Source of the DNA: Tubiluchus corallicola
Lineage: Eukaryota; Animalia; Priapulida
Length of the DNA: 20,582 bases
NCBI GenBank assembly: GCA_030141605.1
Contig: JAQGDQ010002483.1
Span: 1 to 20,582, forward strand
Reading direction: 5' to 3'
Shown here: piece by piece, positions 17,161-20,582 of the stretch
Numbering within the stretch: position 1 is the stretch's first letter
How the letters are laid out: each line of letters opens with the position of its first letter
Translations under genes and position numbers: made by a program
The notes under the pieces: model-generated
Seen by the model: the letters and a program-made list of their open reading frames with translations, nothing else
What the model was told of the DNA's origin: nothing
The model's database searches: none

Positions 17161-19716
17161 TCAAAAGTTTATTGCAAGAAGGACTTCTTGTTTTATCTTT
17201 TTTAATTTTTTAGTATTTGTAATTTTGTTCCCTTCTATGTCTGTGATGTAGAAAGAGTCGACCACAACGTCCACATCTGTTGAGATTTTTGCTTTTGCAA
17301 CGTCTATCTTCAACTTTTCAAAGGCACCCAATATAGAGTACAGAAGTCCTATCTTGTCCGGGGCGTAAACATCTATGATGGTATAGCTTTGGGAAATATC
17401 GTTGTCAAACACGACTTTGGTCTCACCCTCAAGCTTCTTTTTCAACCGTGTGAAGGATCTGTTCTTTAGCAGTTTGTCTATGTCTATCTTCTCGCTCAGT
17501 GCGTCAAGTACTGTGGTTTTTAGTTTGTCGCTCCATTCGCCCAAGTTGTATGTGCTATTATCCGGGCCGAGATAGGATATTTTGTCGATGACGATCTTGT
17601 TGGTAAGAGTATAGATGTTTGCTTGGGTAATATTTAACTCCATCGACGTTATGGCGCCAGCTATCTTTTTTAGTAGGGCAAAATTGTCATAAGTGCATAC
17701 GGTTATGGCATAACACGCGTTGTCTGCTCTGATCTCTACTTCCGCAATATTTTTGCCACCTAGCTTTGACGACATGTCGACAAACTTCAGTATCTCTGAC
17801 ACAGAATTTTGCTCTATTATTTCATCATCCAAGTTGTTTATAAATTTGTGATGCTTGCCGTTTATCGTTCTTTCCATAAGGGTTTTACGCTTTTTTATTA
17901 TCATGTCCTCTATTTCAGAAAAAGAATCCGACTTCTGCATAAAATTGTGGGCTTTCAGATATAATTCCTGTAACAATCCACTCTTCCAGTTGTTAAGATT
18001 ATCGCGGCTTATGGCGCTTCCGTCGGCGAAGCTCAATAGAAAAAAGATGTTTAGCTCTTCAATATCCTTGAGATGGCTGCAAAAGTGATCAATAACATCT
18101 ACACTGCTCAAGTCCCTCCTTTGAGCGATATGACTCATCAAAAGGTGATTATTTATCAGGTTAAACACAGTATCAATGTCGTCAAAATCCATATTAAAAC
18201 TTTTGCATATTGTCCTGCTTATCCTGGCTCCTAAAAAGCTGTGGTTTTTCCCCTGTCCCTTTCCTATATCGTGAAGAAGTATGATAAATGCTAGCAGGTC
18301 TTTCCTCTTTGTGGCTTCTAAAGCTTGGATATATTTGAGATTGTGGATGGATGCGTTGCTATATAGCTCATCAATGTGGAAAAGTGCAAACAGGGTGTGT
18401 TCATCCACAGTGTAATGGTGATACATATTGAATTGAGTCTTGCAGATGATCTTTTCAAATTGCGGTATCATCTTTTGCAAAACCCCACATCTAATCATTG
18501 CCCCCACTATGGCGGATGACAGCGGGAAGCTCCCGATAGTAGACAAAAATAGGTGACCGTGTCTCCTTTTGTAATTATCATCTATCAGGTAACAGTTGCT
18601 GTTTATCACCTCTAAAGCCTTGTCGGTAATGCGCAAGCCCATAGAGGCCACCCTAGGAAAGATTGAGATAAGTTTTCTAGGGTCTTTTTCAAATATCTTA
18701 GGATCATCAAAAGATACAAATTTGCCCACCCGAACGAGTCCGCCGCTCAAACGTACCGGCTCCATGTTATCGTATGTATGCACACGGTGTACGGCGGCGA
18801 TGGTTTTGTCTAAAACTTTGTCTGCAATGGAGGATACTACCTTGGCAGACATATAGTATTGCCGCATGAAATCTTCCACAGCTTTTAGAGTTGACGTGCT
18901 GGTATAGCCTATATTCTCTGCAATTGCCGTCTGAGCTGCAAGCCGTAATACGTCATATTTTCTGTTGTGTACATAGTGCAACTCTGTGCGTATCCTGAAT
19001 ATGAAGTTGATGTTATCCTCGAGATTATTCAAATCCCTTGTCGTTATGATGTGTTGTGCAACGAGATTGTTCAGGTCATCCGTTTTGTACAATATTTTAT
19101 TGATCCAACAGATGGTGTTGTAATCCCTCAATCCACCGCTTCCTTCCTTGACATTCGGTTCCAGTCTCAAGATGGAGTCTCTATATTTTTTGTATCTTTT
19201 CCTTATTGCTTCCACCTTTTTGATGATGAATTCGGCTTTCCCTTTTGCTAAAATTCTTTCGTTGAGAAGTACGTTCAGTTCTTCATAAAGTTTGGAGTTG
19301 CCCGCAATGAGCCTATTATCCATAAGGGACGTCATTATTATGTCATCTTCAAGGGCTTGTTTTTCCACCTCGTTTAGGTCTTTCAATTGTATCCCCGGTG
19401 ACAAGCCTATGTCCCACATATTTGCGGTGAATGCATTTATTATGTTTTCCTGCACTTCGTTCAGGGCTTCTTTATGCAGAATCAGTATATCGATGTCTGA
19501 AAATGGAGCCATTTGCTTTCTTGCGTACCCGCCTATCGCTAAAAATGCAAGGTCGGTATCTTCGTAGCCTATTGTTTGAAGCAATTTGAGGATCGTCTTA
19601 TCTGTAGCTTGGGCAAGTTCTCTGTGTATTCTTTGTGGGTCGGAATACTTAAATCGTTCCTCTTTGAGTTTTTTCCATGAAGAAGAATATTCCAACCTAA
19701 TCTCTTCTATGCTCAT
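17161..19716 (-). CDS. glnD: [Protein-PII] uridylyltransferase/uridylyl-removing enzyme
   Basis: AIGGYAR..MAPFSDIDIL, LEPNVKEG.GGLRD, YHHYTVDEH, LLHDIGKG (HD), two ACT domains. AAGGA RBS favours ATG 19716 over 19791. Confidence 0.95.
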   Translation of the reverse strand: MSIEEIRLEYSSSWKKLKEERFKYSDPQRIHRELAQATDKTILKLLQTIGYEDTDLAFLAIGGYARKQMAPFSDIDILILHKEALNEVQENIINAFTANMWDIGLSPGIQLKDLNEVEKQALEDDIIMTSLMDNRLIAGNSKLYEELNVLLNERILAKGKAEFIIKKVEAIRKRYKKYRDSILRLEPNVKEGSGGLRDYNTICWINKILYKTDDLNNLVAQHIITTRDLNNLEDNINFIFRIRTELHYVHNRKYDVLRLAAQTAIAENIGYTSTSTLKAVEDFMRQYYMSAKVVSSIADKVLDKTIAAVHRVHTYDNMEPVRLSGGLVRVGKFVSFDDPKIFEKDPRKLISIFPRVASMGLRITDKALEVINSNCYLIDDNYKRRHGHLFLSTIGSFPLSSAIVGAMIRCGVLQKMIPQFEKIICKTQFNMYHHYTVDEHTLFALFHIDELYSNASIHNLKYIQALEATKRKDLLAFIILLHDIGKGQGKNHSFLGARISRTICKSFNMDFDDIDTVFNLINNHLLMSHIAQRRDLSSVDVIDHFCSHLKDIEELNIFFLLSFADGSAISRDNLNNWKSGLLQELYLKAHNFMQKSDSFSEIEDMIIKKRKTLMERTINGKHHKFINNLDDEIIEQNSVSEILKFVDMSSKLGGKNIAEVEIRADNACYAITVCTYDNFALLKKIAGAITSMELNITQANIYTLTNKIVIDKISYLGPDNSTYNLGEWSDKLKTTVLDALSEKIDIDKLLKNRSFTRLKKKLEGETKVVFDNDISQSYTIIDVYAPDKIGLLYSILGAFEKLKIDVAKAKISTDVDVVVDSFYITDIEGNKITNTKKLKKIKQEVLLAINF

Positions 19717-19843
19717 AAATCGTCCTTGTATCTTGGCAGTTCCTTCAAGCGGGTCAAGAATTATAGAATATTTATTCGTGTGTGCATACATTTATTGTTG
19801 AATGCTGCTTGCAAATGCTTATTATAAACCCCTGAGGTGTAAA

Positions 19844-20582
19844 ATGAAGGTGGGACTAAAGGCTTTTGGTTGCAAGGTCAATCAATCTGAGCTGTCATCT
19901 ATAAAAGGTTTTGCAGAATCTGCCGATTGCGAGCTTGTAGCATCGATGCCTGATGCGGATGTTGTCATAGTAAATACCTGCGCTGTGACCTCCTCTGCGA
20001 GGAAGAAGAGTGAAGGGTATATCCGAAAGATGAAGAGGGATTATCCCGCTAAAAAGATTGTCGTTACCGGCTGTTTAGCGGAACTTTCGGGAGCTAGTCT
20101 CAAATCTTTAGGTTGCGATATTGTGATAAAGAATGGTGGAAAGGACGAGATGTTTGATCTCATCGTTCGCGAGCAGGATTTTTTGCAAGATGTATCGCAT
20201 GATATGAAGGTTCAAGCGGCGAAGATTGGCAACATTCACGACAGGACCAGAGCATTTCTGAAGGTGCAGGATGGTTGTGATGCTCATTGTTCCTACTGTA
20301 TCATTCCGAAACTCAGAGGGCACCCTCGAAGTAAGGGGCTTGAAGAGACGCTTGAGGAGTTTAGATGTGCTGTCGCAGACGGTTATAAAGAGATAGTTCT
20401 TGTGGGGATTCATCTTGGGAAGTACGGCGATGATATCCCAAGGGATGTGAATATCTCCACTCTTTTAAGGGAGATGGTGAGCATTGAGGGCGATTTTCGA
20501 ATCAGGTTGACATCTTTAGAGGTTTACGAAATAGATGATGAGTTGGTGGAGCTGTTATCTCACAAAAAGGTGTGTAGTCATC
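19844..20582 (+). CDS. mtaB: tRNA t6A37 methylthiotransferase MtaB (partial, runs off the window; absent from the ORF track)
   Basis: Manual translation: FGCKVNQSE, VNTCAVT, VTGCLA, RTRAFLKVQDGCDAHCSYCIIP..RG (CX3CX2C), EIVLVGIHLGKYG; GAGGT RBS. Confidence 0.9.
   Translation, partial: MKVGLKAFGCKVNQSELSSIKGFAESADCELVASMPDADVVIVNTCAVTSSARKKSEGYIRKMKRDYPAKKIVVTGCLAELSGASLKSLGCDIVIKNGGKDEMFDLIVREQDFLQDVSHDMKVQAAKIGNIHDRTRAFLKVQDGCDAHCSYCIIPKLRGHPRSKGLEETLEEFRCAVADGYKEIVLVGIHLGKYGDDIPRDVNISTLLREMVSIEGDFRIRLTSLEVYEIDDELVELLSHKKVCSH

Noticed and set aside
1-20582. CRISPR array or rRNA
   Set aside because: No regularly spaced repeats or rRNA signatures seen.

Overview
Bacterial chromosomal window of roughly 40% GC. 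Gene content and protein style suggest Deferribacterales (my inference, not checked). Most of it is housekeeping and motility: the thiD 3' end, a tandem-PilZ gene, satP, glyS, thiS-thiF, tRNA-Asn(GTT), a 4Fe-4S protein, cpoB, cheV, a TPR / FleS-like kinase / FleR-like sigma54 regulator operon, glnD and the 5' part of mtaB. The accessory part is a ~3 kb islet right after tRNA-Asn (about 5850-8850). It holds a decayed DpnII/MboI-like PD-(D/E)xK nuclease gene directly upstream of an ApeA-like HEPN gene, bracketed by two divergently oriented remnants of related large serine recombinases that the ORF track shows only in fragments. Four otherwise clean genes (PilZ, glyS, HEPN, cpoB) each carry one frameshift, probably assembly error. 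Two G/U-rich, hairpin-dense noncoding regions, upstream of glyS and upstream of cheV, are unexplained.
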